Origin: an uncultured Chloroflexia bacterium
GTDB lineage: Bacteria > Chloroflexota > Chloroflexia > QHBQ01 > JADMIH01
Assembly (NCBI GenBank): GCA_963797095.1
Contig: CAWCNY010000004.1
Coordinates: forward strand, 608,001 to 672,000
Direction of reading: 5' to 3'
DNA: 64,000 bases
The notes beneath the pieces were generated by a model. It ran no database searches and was not told the origin of the DNA. It saw only the letters and a program-made list of their open reading frames with translations. Position numbers and translations under genes: made by a program. Below, piece by piece: positions 39,380 through 49,618 of this stretch (position 1 is its first letter; each line of letters starts with the position of its first letter).

Positions 39380-40585
39380 CTATTCGCTCAATTGCAGAGG
39401 CACCGGCTGCTCTACAGGGCCTGAATAAGCATCGCCCCTCTTGAACGCCCCGGCGAATCGAGCCATCGTCACCACAAGCCCCGCCAGCAGACTTGCTCCC
39501 ACGCAACATATGAAAACCGCCGCGGGCCCAAGCGCGTCAAAGATCACACCGGCAATTGGGCCCGCAACCAGGGGAGCAAGTCCCCACAACCCCGCGTTCA
39601 TAAGCCCCTGCGACGTGGAAGACCACTCAGGCGGCCCCCAGTCGGACACCAAACGCACTGTCGTAGGCATGAACAGGCCAAATCCGAATCCCTGGATAAC
39701 GCCTATGCCCAGCAGCAGAATTGGCAGATGAAAGAGGGCCACACCCAGATAAGAGCAACCGAGCAGAAGGTAGGATAGCACCAGCGTCGGTGGCCCGCCG
39801 AGGTGGCGCATGATCGCTTCGCTCCAGCGCATCATCGGCAGCTCGCTCAGGGCAACCACACAGTAGAACAGGCCAACAAGCACCTGCCCACCCACCTGGT
39901 CCAGGTACACTCCTGTAAACGTGATCGACACCGCGAAGGCAAGCCCAAACACTAACGTGGCAACCAGCACCACCCGAAGCCTGACATCGCCTATAGCCAG
40001 CTTCAGCGGGGGCCGAGTATACGTCTCTTGTGGACTATCCTCCTCCAACCGGGCGGCAAATGGGAGCACCGCAAACAGCGACAGGCTTGAGAGCGGAAAC
40101 ATCAGAGAGAAACCCCACTGCTCCCATAGTACGCCGCACAACGCAGACACAATTGCCCAGCTCAGCGAACCCCAGAGCCGCATCCTGCCATAACCCAGAC
40201 CCCTCCGAACCGCCGTTCGGGCAATCAACCCGTCCGCAATCGGCATAACTGGCGCGGCGGCGGCACACCATAAGGCCATCACAGGCAGAAACGTGACAAA
40301 GGAAACAGGAAACGGCATTACCAGTTGCATCAGGGCGGTGCCAACCAGCCCCAAAACCAACAGACGCACTCGCCAGGCATGCCTGTCGCCCAGAGCCGTG
40401 ATGCCGGGGCCAACCAGCAACGACATTAACGGGCCAACCGCCGACAATAGCCCTATCTCACTCCCCGTCAGACCCTGGTGCGCGAAAAATACGCTCAGAA
40501 ACGGCATACACACGGCCTGCGCTGCGAAGAAGCCGAAGTAAAAAAGCGCAGCTGTAGTGGTAGGTCTAAAGTTGAAATGCCTCAT
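39380..40585 (-). CDS. MFS transporter
   Basis: About 12 TM helices; PFL..F...GL...IG, YG..RLWGS, E.P.M. Confidence 0.88.
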   Translation of the reverse strand: MRHFNFRPTTTAALFYFGFFAAQAVCMPFLSVFFAHQGLTGSEIGLLSAVGPLMSLLVGPGITALGDRHAWRVRLLVLGLVGTALMQLVMPFPVSFVTFLPVMALWCAAAAPVMPIADGLIARTAVRRGLGYGRMRLWGSLSWAIVSALCGVLWEQWGFSLMFPLSSLSLFAVLPFAARLEEDSPQETYTRPPLKLAIGDVRLRVVLVATLVFGLAFAVSITFTGVYLDQVGGQVLVGLFYCVVALSELPMMRWSEAIMRHLGGPPTLVLSYLLLGCSYLGVALFHLPILLLGIGVIQGFGFGLFMPTTVRLVSDWGPPEWSSTSQGLMNAGLWGLAPLVAGPIAGVIFDALGPAAVFICCVGASLLAGLVVTMARFAGAFKRGDAYSGPVEQPVPLQLSE

Positions 40586-40602
40586 CTAAGACGAGCGCCG
40601 GG

Positions 40603-41244
40603 CTAAGCGCTCAGGTCAAGCAGACGCTTGCGTTGGTCGCCCTTCACCAGGGTGATCGAGCCTGTTGGAAACACCTGTAAGGTGTACTCTTCGCCCCTCC
40701 AGATAGCGAGCACCGGGCCGGGTGGCCTCCCCTTGAAGGTGACGTTGCCCTTCACGATCTCCCCCTCGCGCTTGAGACGCAGTGAAAAACCATGCCAGCT
40801 TTCGCGGAAAATGTCTGTGATCGCTTCATAGGCGCTCTCGTAGCGCGCCCCGTTGGCCTGTGCCGAATTTGAGCGCAAAGTAACTGCGGTGCGATAATTA
40901 TTCTGGGCTACGTCCTGCACGTCGTCTACCTGGGGCAGTATCTCTCCCCAGGGCGTGCCAAGCGGCACGCGTACATATCCGAGGTGGCCCTGCACGCGAT
41001 CGTCAGAAGAAAATCTATATCGCGGGTAGACCGTGATCTCGACCAGGCCGTTGACCTCGTAGCCAATGAAGAGAAGGCTGTTGGCATACTGCACGGCCAG
41101 CCCGATGAAATCCTCGGTCAGGAAGGCGGGAGTGCCGGCATCGCTGTCCCCGCCATCGTCATCGGGCGGGCGGGCGTGGCGGCGTGGTCTTGTGCGTCGC
41201 ACAGGCTCCGATGATGTATAATCTGTGTCGTATTCTTCGTCCAT
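40603..41244 (-). CDS. hypothetical protein
   Basis: 213-aa ORF divergent from the DUF3090 gene; acidic N-terminus. Confidence 0.7.
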   Translation of the reverse strand: MDEEYDTDYTSSEPVRRTRPRRHARPPDDDGGDSDAGTPAFLTEDFIGLAVQYANSLLFIGYEVNGLVEITVYPRYRFSSDDRVQGHLGYVRVPLGTPWGEILPQVDDVQDVAQNNYRTAVTLRSNSAQANGARYESAYEAITDIFRESWHGFSLRLKREGEIVKGNVTFKGRPPGPVLAIWRGEEYTLQVFPTGSITLVKGDQRKRLLDLSA

Positions 41245-41284
41245 ATTACTCTAATATAACAGGTTTGCAGGGGGAACAGAAAGC

Positions 41285-41839
41285 ATGAGCATGAGAAGAC
41301 CGCGCTACGACATGGGCAGGGTCGATTGGATAGGAGCCGAAGCAGTAGGGGTGCCTGGACAGCGCACCTTCCGCCTAGTAGTTTACAGTAAGACGATGTC
41401 GGCGTACCTGTGGCTCGAGAAGGAGGAGTTGCAGGCGCTCACCCAGGCCGTCGCGCAGATGCTCCACGAAATTACCACCGAGCGCGGCTCGCAATTCCCC
41501 ATGCGAGAGATAGGAACAGATAACCCCAAGCCCGCAGGCTTCCCCGACAACCCCGAATTCGACCTGAAGATCGGCGCTTTGGGTCTCAAGTACGATTCGG
41601 GACGCGAATTGGTGGCTATCGAAGCCTCCTCGCCGGAGGACGAAGAACAATCGCTGCCGCGCTTCAGGTGCTTCGTATCCAGGGAACAGCTGGAAAAGCT
41701 ACAGGTCAACGCATTGGACGTGATCTCTGCGGGGAGGCCGCGCTGTCCGCTTTGCGGAACGCCACTCACCAACCCAGGAATGCCACACTTTTGCCCACCG
41801 ACAAATGGGCATCAGAAATTGACCGAAGAGGAAGTGTGA
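41285..41839 (+). CDS. DUF3090 family protein
   Basis: A.G.PGQRTF.L, LEK..L..L, AGRP.CPLCG.P...H.CP..NGH. Confidence 0.85.
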   Translation: MSMRRPRYDMGRVDWIGAEAVGVPGQRTFRLVVYSKTMSAYLWLEKEELQALTQAVAQMLHEITTERGSQFPMREIGTDNPKPAGFPDNPEFDLKIGALGLKYDSGRELVAIEASSPEDEEQSLPRFRCFVSREQLEKLQVNALDVISAGRPRCPLCGTPLTNPGMPHFCPPTNGHQKLTEEEV

Positions 41840-41843
41840 GGAG

Positions 41844-42728
41844 CTAGCGAACCACGTCCTTTACCTGGAAGAAGGCGTTCACGAAGCCGTCCATCCCTTC
41901 CAGCTTACGCGAGTTCCAATCGGCTACGCTAACGGTGATCAGGGGCCGACCCGATACTGAGATAAACAGCGTGCGCTTCACCCACAGGAAGTACATTATC
42001 AACAATAGCAGGCCAAGCACTCCCAGCACGATCCCGACGAAAATGGGGTCTACCGTGTACAAGAGGGGCCATGTCGACTCGAATTGGCTGTGGGCTATTG
42101 ATAGATAGATGCCTGCGGCGGCCAGGCCGAGGAAAACCAGGCCAAAGAAAAGGCTCCATCCCGAAGAACGCTCGGTAAGGGTGCCAACCGCGTCCACGTC
42201 CCGCAGAAAGGCCGCACGCACTACGCTGGGGGCCAGCAGTATCACGCGCTTGTTCGTGAGGTATAGCGCGCCCAACTGGAACACCACGCTCTCCTCCGGC
42301 AATAGCTCAATCGCCCCCTTTGGGACAACCCTGGAAGCAGCCTGCACAGCCGGAGCCGGCACCGCCGAAGCCACGGCTGTGCCTCCACTTGCGGGCATGG
42401 CGCTAGAAGCCATCATTCCACCTGCTACCGGCTCGCGAACAGGTTGGGCAGGCAGTTGCGAGCCTGCATAACCCGCTCCCTGTCCGTATGGCGAGGTGCT
42501 TGCCACGGTAGGCGCGCCACTCGCATTCATTCCGTTGGGTGAGTAATCGGAGGGTTGTGATTCGACGGTCGGGCGCGCGTCATAACCCAGGTTTCTGGGC
42601 GCTACCGGAGGCGCTGACGCGCTTTCCTGGCCTGCGAGACCCGTCAGCAGGAGGCCGCACCGTGGGCAAGCCTGAGCGTCAGGCTGTACGGCTCCACGGC
42701 AGCGCGGACAAACAATCAAGGTAGCCAA
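41844..42728 (-). CDS. zinc-ribbon membrane protein
   Basis: CPRC..CPRCG, low-complexity linker, LYLTNKRV PH-like segment, 2 TM helices. Confidence 0.75.
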   Translation of the reverse strand: MATLIVCPRCRGAVQPDAQACPRCGLLLTGLAGQESASAPPVAPRNLGYDARPTVESQPSDYSPNGMNASGAPTVASTSPYGQGAGYAGSQLPAQPVREPVAGGMMASSAMPASGGTAVASAVPAPAVQAASRVVPKGAIELLPEESVVFQLGALYLTNKRVILLAPSVVRAAFLRDVDAVGTLTERSSGWSLFFGLVFLGLAAAGIYLSIAHSQFESTWPLLYTVDPIFVGIVLGVLGLLLLIMYFLWVKRTLFISVSGRPLITVSVADWNSRKLEGMDGFVNAFFQVKDVVR

Positions 42729-42832
42729 ATAACCTTTTCCCTTCGTGTGTTCTGGACCAATAGAAGATGAATTACAGAGTGCAATTTCAAATCATCGGTT
42801 GTTCGCCTGATTTGTGAGGAAAGTATATCATA

Positions 42833-44038
42833 GTGGATATGTACCCGCAATCAAATAGACGGCCGCAAGCGGCAGGGATTTCCGATGTGCAAGACCCTGC
42901 ACCCCTTGAGATGTGGCTGCGAGATCGTATCCGGCGGGCTGGCCCGATTACTCTTGCCGAGTTCATGGATTGTGCCCTCTACCACCCCCAGTACGGCTAC
43001 TACACCACAGGTCCGAATATCGGGCCGCGAGGCGACTTCGTGACCAGCCCGGAGGCATCGCCCGCGTTCGGCAAACTTTTCGCGTCCCACCTGGCGGAGA
43101 TCGATGGCATGCTGGGGAAACCAGCCACGTTCAATGCAATAGAGTTCGGGCCGGGCAGAGGCACTCTCGCGAGCGATCTCCTCGGTGAGGTGCGCGGGCG
43201 CTACCCTGGGCTCTATTCCAGGGTGAAGTATTGGCTGGTAGACATCAGCCCATCATTGAGCGATAGCCAGAGAGAGAGACTTTTGCCTGATCACGAAGGG
43301 AAGGTCGAGTGGCGAACAGGCGTGGCCGAATTGCCCGATAGGCTGACGGGGGCTATGATCGGCAACGAGGTCGTTGATGCTTTTCCGGTGCACGTAATCG
43401 AGAACAAGGAGGGAGATCTATACGAACAGTACGTGGCGCTGGATCGCGAAAGCAACCTCACAATTGAGCTACGGCCCCTTTCCGACCCACGACTGGAGTC
43501 GTTCCTGGCAAACGAAGGGATCGAAGTCGGACCAGGTGAACGTATCGAAGTGAATTTGGCGGTAGAGTCCTGGCTGAATGGAGTCGCGTCAGCCATGGAG
43601 CATGGCGTAGTTACCCTGATTGACTACGGGGATGAAGCGCCCGCGCGCTACTCGGCGGCGCGGCGCGAAGGCACGTTGCTTGGCTATTATGGTGGAGCCG
43701 TGACCGACGCAGTGCTTGCTCACCCTGGCAGGCAAGACCTCACAGCGCTGGTCGATTTCACAGCCCTCAAGCATGCAGCCGAGCGAGCAGGTTTCGACAT
43801 TATTGGGAGCACAAGGCAGGCCAACTTTCTACTCGGCCTCGGCCTTGGCTCAACTCACACCCCGGAAACAGCGGTTGAGCCAAACAATCTGGACACCGCC
43901 CTAAACTACAGGCGTGGCCTACAGACCTTGGTCTCGATGGAGGGGTTAGGGCGCTTTCATGTGCTATTACTCGGCAAGGGCCTAGAAAGCGAAATAGCGC
44001 GAAGCAAGCTCTCAGCGCTCAAGTACATGGGAATTTAG
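42833..44038 (+). CDS. MidA/NDUFAF7-family SAM-dependent methyltransferase
   Basis: LYHP.YGYY, GDF.TSPE, E.GPG.G.LA, NE..DA.P, IDYG, QD.TA.VDF. Confidence 0.92.
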   Translation: MDMYPQSNRRPQAAGISDVQDPAPLEMWLRDRIRRAGPITLAEFMDCALYHPQYGYYTTGPNIGPRGDFVTSPEASPAFGKLFASHLAEIDGMLGKPATFNAIEFGPGRGTLASDLLGEVRGRYPGLYSRVKYWLVDISPSLSDSQRERLLPDHEGKVEWRTGVAELPDRLTGAMIGNEVVDAFPVHVIENKEGDLYEQYVALDRESNLTIELRPLSDPRLESFLANEGIEVGPGERIEVNLAVESWLNGVASAMEHGVVTLIDYGDEAPARYSAARREGTLLGYYGGAVTDAVLAHPGRQDLTALVDFTALKHAAERAGFDIIGSTRQANFLLGLGLGSTHTPETAVEPNNLDTALNYRRGLQTLVSMEGLGRFHVLLLGKGLESEIARSKLSALKYMGI

Positions 44039-44455
44039 CATCGGTCGTATGCGTGCCCACAAGAGTCAATGATGCCTCACATCCATGTACTAAGCTTGTG
44101 ATTTAACTACCAAGCGAGCGCGAGTTTGGGTACTAGGTCCGTTGGCGAATCTATGATTCACTGAGTGCCCCAACAGCGATCTTTCCTTTAACCTTCATCA
44201 CTTATGTGCTATACCAGGTGTGAGGGACTGGCCCCTGGGACTCTTCGGTAGACCGTCTTCCCATTTTGAGAGAGTCTGGTACCTGCTGGCAAGCTACAAA
44301 CCCTTCATGCTCGGCAGACTAGAGACTGAGCCGCGCCTGTCATGAGGAAAGCTCTTCCTTGACAGGCCGCTTGTTTCGCTTGGATTGTGTATTCTACCCA
44401 ATTTGGACACACAAACCGATCGATTTTCTCAACGCGGGTCGCCGCGAGGAGCGCT

Positions 44456-45396
44456 ATGCCAGAATCGATTATTCACACTGAACACCTTTCCCGCTTCTTT
44501 GGCACCGTCAAAGCGGTCGATGATCTCTCGCTGGATGTGCCTGCAGGCATCGTCTTTGGCTTTCTGGGACCAAATGGGGCGGGCAAAACCACGACCATCC
44601 CCCTGCTGCTGGGCCTGCTGGAACCAACGACGGGGCAAGCGTGGATCCTGGACTTTGATATCCGCACCCACGCCGACGCTATTCGCGCCCGCACTGGCGC
44701 TCTGCTTGAGTTTGCCGGCCTCTACGAGCGCATGAGTGCCGAAGATAATATAATCTCGACCTGTACGGGCGCATCTACCACATGCCTGCGCCCGCTCGGC
44801 GGGCCCGCATCCAAGAACTGTTCGCCCACCTGGATCTCTGGGAACGCCGCCGCGATCCTGTAGGGAACTGGAGCCGGGGCATGAAGCAGAAACTCGCCGT
44901 CGCCTGCGCGCTCTTGCACCACCCCCCACTCATCTTCCTGGATCAGCCGACGGCCTGGTTTGATCCCGCGGCGGCAGCGGCCTTGCGCGATGATCTTGCA
45001 AGCCTGGTTGCCCACGAAGGAGTGACGGTCTTCCTCAACACCCACAATCTGACCGAGGCTGAAAAACTCTGTGCCCAGGTGGGCGTGATTCGGCAGGGCA
45101 AACTCGTCACAGTTGGCAGCCCCGATGAGTTGCGTATCAGGACCGGCGGTCCGCAGGCAGAGATCGTGGGGCGCGGCTTCACCGAACAGATGCTTATGGC
45201 GCTCCGAGCGCGACCGGAGGTCGCCAGGGCAGAGCTACAGAACGGTCATCTCGTTCTGGAATTGCGCGGCGAGAGCGATACTGCCCCGCTCGTGAGCCTG
45301 CTGGTACCAGCAGGCGCAGAGGTGGAGGAAGTGCACCGGGGCAAGGCCAGTCTGGAAGACGTGTTTCTGACCATGATGGGGGAAGAGCAGAGATGA
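44456..45396 (+). pseudogene. ABC transporter ATPase, frameshifted
   Basis: GPNGAGKTT in one frame; SRGMKQK, FLDQP, TH in another; ATAAT duplicated at 44745-44754. Confidence 0.85.
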
Positions 45397-46106
45397 ACGA
45401 CATCTGGACCATGATCTGGAAAGAAACGAAAGACTCAGTCTTGCAGGTAGGGTTGGCGGCCTTGATCCGTCCCCTGCTCTTGATGGGCATTCTGGGGATC
45501 GTTTTTCCGTTGCGCTTTGGACTCGAGTGGCTGGCCCTAATACCCATCGTTGTGGGAATTGTCGTCTATTTTCCTTTCATACTCGTTCTCAGTTTCGTGG
45601 GCGATGCCATCGCCGGGGAGCTGGAACGCCATACGCTGGAAACGCTGCTGGCCGGCCGTATCAGCGATAGCGCGATCGTGCTGGGCAAGATCATCGTGAC
45701 TACCTTCTATGCCTGGAGCACGGCCCTGCTTGGGCTGCTGCTGGACCTGGTCGTGGCCAACCTGTCCAAAGGGCAGGGGAGCTGGCAGTTCTATACGTGT
45801 ATCGACTTGCTCCTGGAGGTACTCGGATTGAGCCTGTTGAGCGGTCTGCCGGGGGTGAGTGGAGACGTGCTGATCTCGATGCGCTCAGCCACGGTGCGGC
45901 AGGCGCAACAAGTCTTAATCGTGGCCATGTTGGTGCTGGTCGGAGGAGGGGTAGGGCTGATCAGATTCCTGCCGGCGGACGCGATTTCCTCGCTCAGCGA
46001 ATCCCAGATCTGGCAGATTGCCATGGCCGTGCTTGCCGTTCTGGATGCGCTCTTGCTGGCAGTCTCGCTGGTGAGTTTCCGCCGCACGCGTCTCATGTTG
46101 AGCTAA
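45393..46106 (+). CDS. ABC-2 type permease
   Basis: ATGA overlap with the ATPase; D.IAGE.ER.TLE.LL...S...I..GK. Confidence 0.82.
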   Translation: MNDIWTMIWKETKDSVLQVGLAALIRPLLLMGILGIVFPLRFGLEWLALIPIVVGIVVYFPFILVLSFVGDAIAGELERHTLETLLAGRISDSAIVLGKIIVTTFYAWSTALLGLLLDLVVANLSKGQGSWQFYTCIDLLLEVLGLSLLSGLPGVSGDVLISMRSATVRQAQQVLIVAMLVLVGGGVGLIRFLPADAISSLSESQIWQIAMAVLAVLDALLLAVSLVSFRRTRLMLS

Positions 46107-46433
46107 GGCATGCCTACTCCTCTCCGCCCGTCACCTCGCTGAATTCCACATTCCGAACCGAAAAATCACCCGAAAGTACACCCCAAAACCTGTCCCCTTT
46201 TGCCTCACCAATGCCCTATAGTATATGAGGGCAAGAATAACCATCTGCCGATCGACATACCAAAATCTGAATCACCCACTGTACTGAAGTACGCATCCTC
46301 ACCCCAATCTTACCCGCCTCCTACCGGGGTAAGCGCACAGCACGAAGAAAGGAGCCATTCCTATAAGCGTTATGCGGCAGCATTGCCTCCAGGCAACCTT
46401 ATCACTAAAAGGTAGATGACGTTTACGCGCGGA

Positions 46434-47935
46434 GGGTGCGTGTCAGGTTTTAGGCAAGGGGAAAAGATGATACCCTACAGGTAGAACATCCCGGCTATGG
46501 CCGAAATCCTGGGGGGTATCATCTATGGAAGTGAACAGTCAGCTTCAGGCCGTTTGTGACCTGTCGCCTATGCTCAACAGTATTGTGCAAGAATTCGAGG
46601 AGCGTGTCAAACAACTTTGGCGCTTCAGCCAGCACAATCCACAGGCGGACTTCGCCCAATTGGAACAGCAGGCTCGCCGCTTGAGCACAGAATGCTTCGC
46701 AGGGGCCTTGCAAACAGCCGTCCAACTGCATAGGCTCAGCATAGAAGAAGCCTGGTTGCTGGGCCAACAGTGCTGCGAGTGTGGACGACCAACCCGATAC
46801 AAAGGCAAGCACAAGCGCACCCTTCAAACCTGGGTAGGGCAAGTCACGTTGGAGAGGGGATACTTCCACTGTGCGGGGTGCGACACGGGACGCTACCCAC
46901 TGGACGAGGCCCTGGGCATACCAGCCAGAACCCAATACTCTGATGGAGTGCAACAGGGAGTGTGCTTGTTAGGAGTGCAACTGCCTTTCGAGCGCGCTTC
47001 CCATTCTTTGCAGATGCTTTCGGGCATCAGCATCTCCCCTAAAGAAGCACAACGCATAACAGAGCAGAGGGGTCTTGCGTTGGAGGAACACCTGCAAGCA
47101 GAAGGTCAACTCCTGCTAAAAGGTGAGGTGGGTTCAGGTTCAGGCTCAGGCTCAGGCTCAGGCTCAGATGGAGTATGGGCAGTAGCATTAGACGCGGGCA
47201 GGGTGCGGTATGAAGATGGGTGCAATGATACGAAGGCTGGGGTAGTATTTTGGGCCGAGCCGAAACGCAATGAGCAAGGGGAGATAGATGGTGCGCAAGC
47301 AGTGGAGAAGAGCCAAAGCTACATTGGGCAGGTCGGCTCAATGGAGGAAGCGGGAGAGCGGTTAGGGGGCGAAGCTGCAAGGCGAGGGATTGGTACACAG
47401 GAGAGGGTGGTGTGCCTGGGGGACGGAGCACCCTCAAACTGGAACCAATTCGAGATGCACTTTGCCAACCGCATAGAGGTGCTGGACTGGTATCATGCCA
47501 CCGAGCACCTATGGGAGGCAGGCAACGGGCTGTTTGGGCAGGGCACAGCAGAGGCGGTGGGTTGGGTGAAGGCGCGGGAGAAGGAGTTGTGGGAAGGGGA
47601 GGTACAAGCAGTGATACGGGCGTTGCACAAGGAGGGGCGTAGAGAGGGAATACAAGGAGAGGCTGCGAGTGAGCAGATACACTACTTCGAAACTAATCGA
47701 GAGAGAATGCGCTACTTGGAATACCGAGCAATGGGTTGTCCGATTGGTAGCGGCACGGTAGAAAGTGCGTGCAAACAACTGATAGGTGCCCGCTTGAAAG
47801 GGGCGGGCATGTGCTGGGGAAAGTCCGGTTGTCAAGGGGTGCTCACACTACGGGCTGAGTTACTGAGCGAGCGGTGGGACCAAAGCTGGCCCAAGACCCG
47901 GATCAGAAAAGTCGCCTAAATCCTGACATGCACCC
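46434..47935 (+). mobile_element. ISKra4-like insertion sequence, copy 2 (diverged relative of copy 1)
   Basis: IRs GGGTGCGTGTCAGGTTTTAGG / CCTAAATCCTGACATGCACCC; 5' region similar to copy 1; no clear target duplication. Confidence 0.88.
46525..47919 (+). CDS. DDE transposase with an open reading frame
   Basis: GDGA, LDWYHA.EHL, IGSG.VESACK..RLKGAGM.W; colinear with both halves of copy 1. Confidence 0.92.
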   Translation: MEVNSQLQAVCDLSPMLNSIVQEFEERVKQLWRFSQHNPQADFAQLEQQARRLSTECFAGALQTAVQLHRLSIEEAWLLGQQCCECGRPTRYKGKHKRTLQTWVGQVTLERGYFHCAGCDTGRYPLDEALGIPARTQYSDGVQQGVCLLGVQLPFERASHSLQMLSGISISPKEAQRITEQRGLALEEHLQAEGQLLLKGEVGSGSGSGSGSGSDGVWAVALDAGRVRYEDGCNDTKAGVVFWAEPKRNEQGEIDGAQAVEKSQSYIGQVGSMEEAGERLGGEAARRGIGTQERVVCLGDGAPSNWNQFEMHFANRIEVLDWYHATEHLWEAGNGLFGQGTAEAVGWVKAREKELWEGEVQAVIRALHKEGRREGIQGEAASEQIHYFETNRERMRYLEYRAMGCPIGSGTVESACKQLIGARLKGAGMCWGKSGCQGVLTLRAELLSERWDQSWPKTRIRKVA

Positions 47936-47950
47936 CAAGCGGCGTTCAGG

Positions 47951-47979
47951 TTGACACAAGACGCCCAATTTCGTATAAT
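47951..47979 (+). promoter_or_regulatory. consensus sigma70 promoter of rpmI-rplT
   Basis: TTGACA-17 bp-TATAAT. Confidence 0.88.
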
Positions 47980-48062
47980 TACCGTCTGTGACCTGCAAAG
48001 GTCGGTTGCGAGAGTGTGCCGGTTTCGCGCTATATTTGAGAATTGTAATAGGAGAAGGCTCA

Positions 48063-48263
48063 ATGCCAAAGATGAAGACCCATAAGGGCGCTGCGAGGCG
48101 CTTCAAGATCACCGCCACCGGGCGTATCATGCGCACCAAGCACATGAAGAGCCACTTCCGAAGGCGGAAGGCTCCCCGCGTGAAGCGTATGTTCGATAGG
48201 ATGCTGCCTCTCGACAAGAGCCAGAAGAAGAACATAGAGAGATTGTTGCCCTACGGCGTCTAG
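48063..48263 (+). CDS. rpmI: 50S ribosomal protein L35
   Basis: MPKMKTHKGAARRFKITATG; AGGAG RBS. Confidence 0.97.
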   Translation: MPKMKTHKGAARRFKITATGRIMRTKHMKSHFRRRKAPRVKRMFDRMLPLDKSQKKNIERLLPYGV

Positions 48264-48317
48264 TTTACACAAGGCAGCGAGTAATATGCTGCCGGCAAGC
48301 AGTTTCAGGAGATATCG

Positions 48318-48713
48318 ATGCCAAGAGTTAAGAGAGGCGTAACCAGGCACCGGCGGCATGTAAAGATAATTAAGGCCGCGTCAGGGTACAGGGGCACGCG
48401 ACACCGTCTGTTCAGGTTCGCCAACCAGATCGTTATGAAGGCGCGAGCCTACCAGTACCGGGACCGCCGCGTCCGCAAGCGCCAGATGCGCCGCCTTTGG
48501 ATCGTTCGTATCAACGCGGCGGCCCGCATGGGCGGGCTGTCCTATAGCAAATTCATCTACGGTTTGTCTCAGGCCGGGGTCACCCTCGACCGCAAGACGC
48601 TGGCCGAACTGGCCGTGCGAGACAGCGCGACATTCTCCCGGCTGGTCGAGATGGCAGGAGGGAAAGCAATAGTACCCGACGCCACGGCCACAGCAACCGC
48701 TAACAACGCCTAA
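48318..48713 (+). CDS. rplT: 50S ribosomal protein L20
   Basis: MPRVKRG, YRDRR..KR..R.LWI.RINAAAR, DRK.LA.LA. Confidence 0.97.
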   Translation: MPRVKRGVTRHRRHVKIIKAASGYRGTRHRLFRFANQIVMKARAYQYRDRRVRKRQMRRLWIVRINAAARMGGLSYSKFIYGLSQAGVTLDRKTLAELAVRDSATFSRLVEMAGGKAIVPDATATATANNA

Positions 48714-48727
48714 TTACCCCCACCCCA

Positions 48728-48763
48728 TCAAACGGCGGCTCTCCCCCAAGGGCCGCCGTTTGA
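48728..48763 (+). terminator. hairpin after rplT
   Basis: TCAAACGGCGGC...GCCGCCGTTTGA. Confidence 0.6.
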
Positions 48764-48781
48764 CGTTCGTAAGTTGCCCAC

Positions 48782-49618
48782 ATGATCGACAGCCCTTCCA
48801 ATCCACTCGTCAAGGAAATGCAGGCTCTCCAGGCGCCCAAGGGGCGGCGTGAGCAAGGGCGATTTCTGGTGGAGGGGGTGCGCCTCGTATCGGATGCCCT
48901 GGATGCAGGGAGGCAACCCAGATCGGTGCTATTCAATCACGATGCCCTTACGAAGACCGGAACAGGCAGTCATCTGCTCTATCGTCTGCTTGGAGCCCAG
49001 GAGCAGCAGCACTTCCGTGGCCGGGTCATGGAGGCCAGCGAGCGGGCAATTGGGGCCGCATCAAGCACGCAACATGCGCAGGGAGTGGTTGCTTCCTTCC
49101 AGATTGAAGACCCTGGCCCACCTCACAAAAGCGCAGATGACGCGCCAGTGCTGATTTGCGATGATATTCAGGACCCCGGCAATCTGGGCACGATCCTTCG
49201 CAGTGCATCAGCGGCAGGAGTGGCGGGTGTGCTCCTGACCGGCGATTGCGTTGATCTCTATAACCCGAAGGTGGTAAGGGCAGGCATGGGCGCTCACTTT
49301 CGGCTTCCCATCTACCATGATTTGTCCTGGGAGCGCATCGCACAATCGTTGGAGGAAATGAGCGTAGAGCTTGGTAGATTGTTCGCAACAGAGGCAGGAG
49401 CCACCCGGACTTACGATGAGGTTGATTGGACCCAACCTGCGGGGCTGGTAGTATCAAACGAAGCACATGGCCTCAGTATCGAAGCGCGGAAAGCAGCACA
49501 AGGTGGCCTGATAAGCATACCGATGAAGGGCGGCACCGAGTCGCTGAACGCGGCTATGGCTGCGACGATAGTGCTTTTTGAAGCCGCACGCCAACGGCGG
49601 CGAACTGGTGGAGCATGA
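48782..49618 (+). CDS. TrmH/SpoU family RNA methyltransferase
   Basis: QDPGN.GT..R, P.V.RA.MG, NE..G, IPM....ESLN.A. Confidence 0.93.
   Translation: MIDSPSNPLVKEMQALQAPKGRREQGRFLVEGVRLVSDALDAGRQPRSVLFNHDALTKTGTGSHLLYRLLGAQEQQHFRGRVMEASERAIGAASSTQHAQGVVASFQIEDPGPPHKSADDAPVLICDDIQDPGNLGTILRSASAAGVAGVLLTGDCVDLYNPKVVRAGMGAHFRLPIYHDLSWERIAQSLEEMSVELGRLFATEAGATRTYDEVDWTQPAGLVVSNEAHGLSIEARKAAQGGLISIPMKGGTESLNAAMAATIVLFEAARQRRRTGGA

Noticed and set aside
10312-47935. Composite transposon bounded by the two IS copies
   Set aside because: Copy 1 has its own target duplication, the copies and their IRs are diverged, and the interval holds core genes and a tRNA
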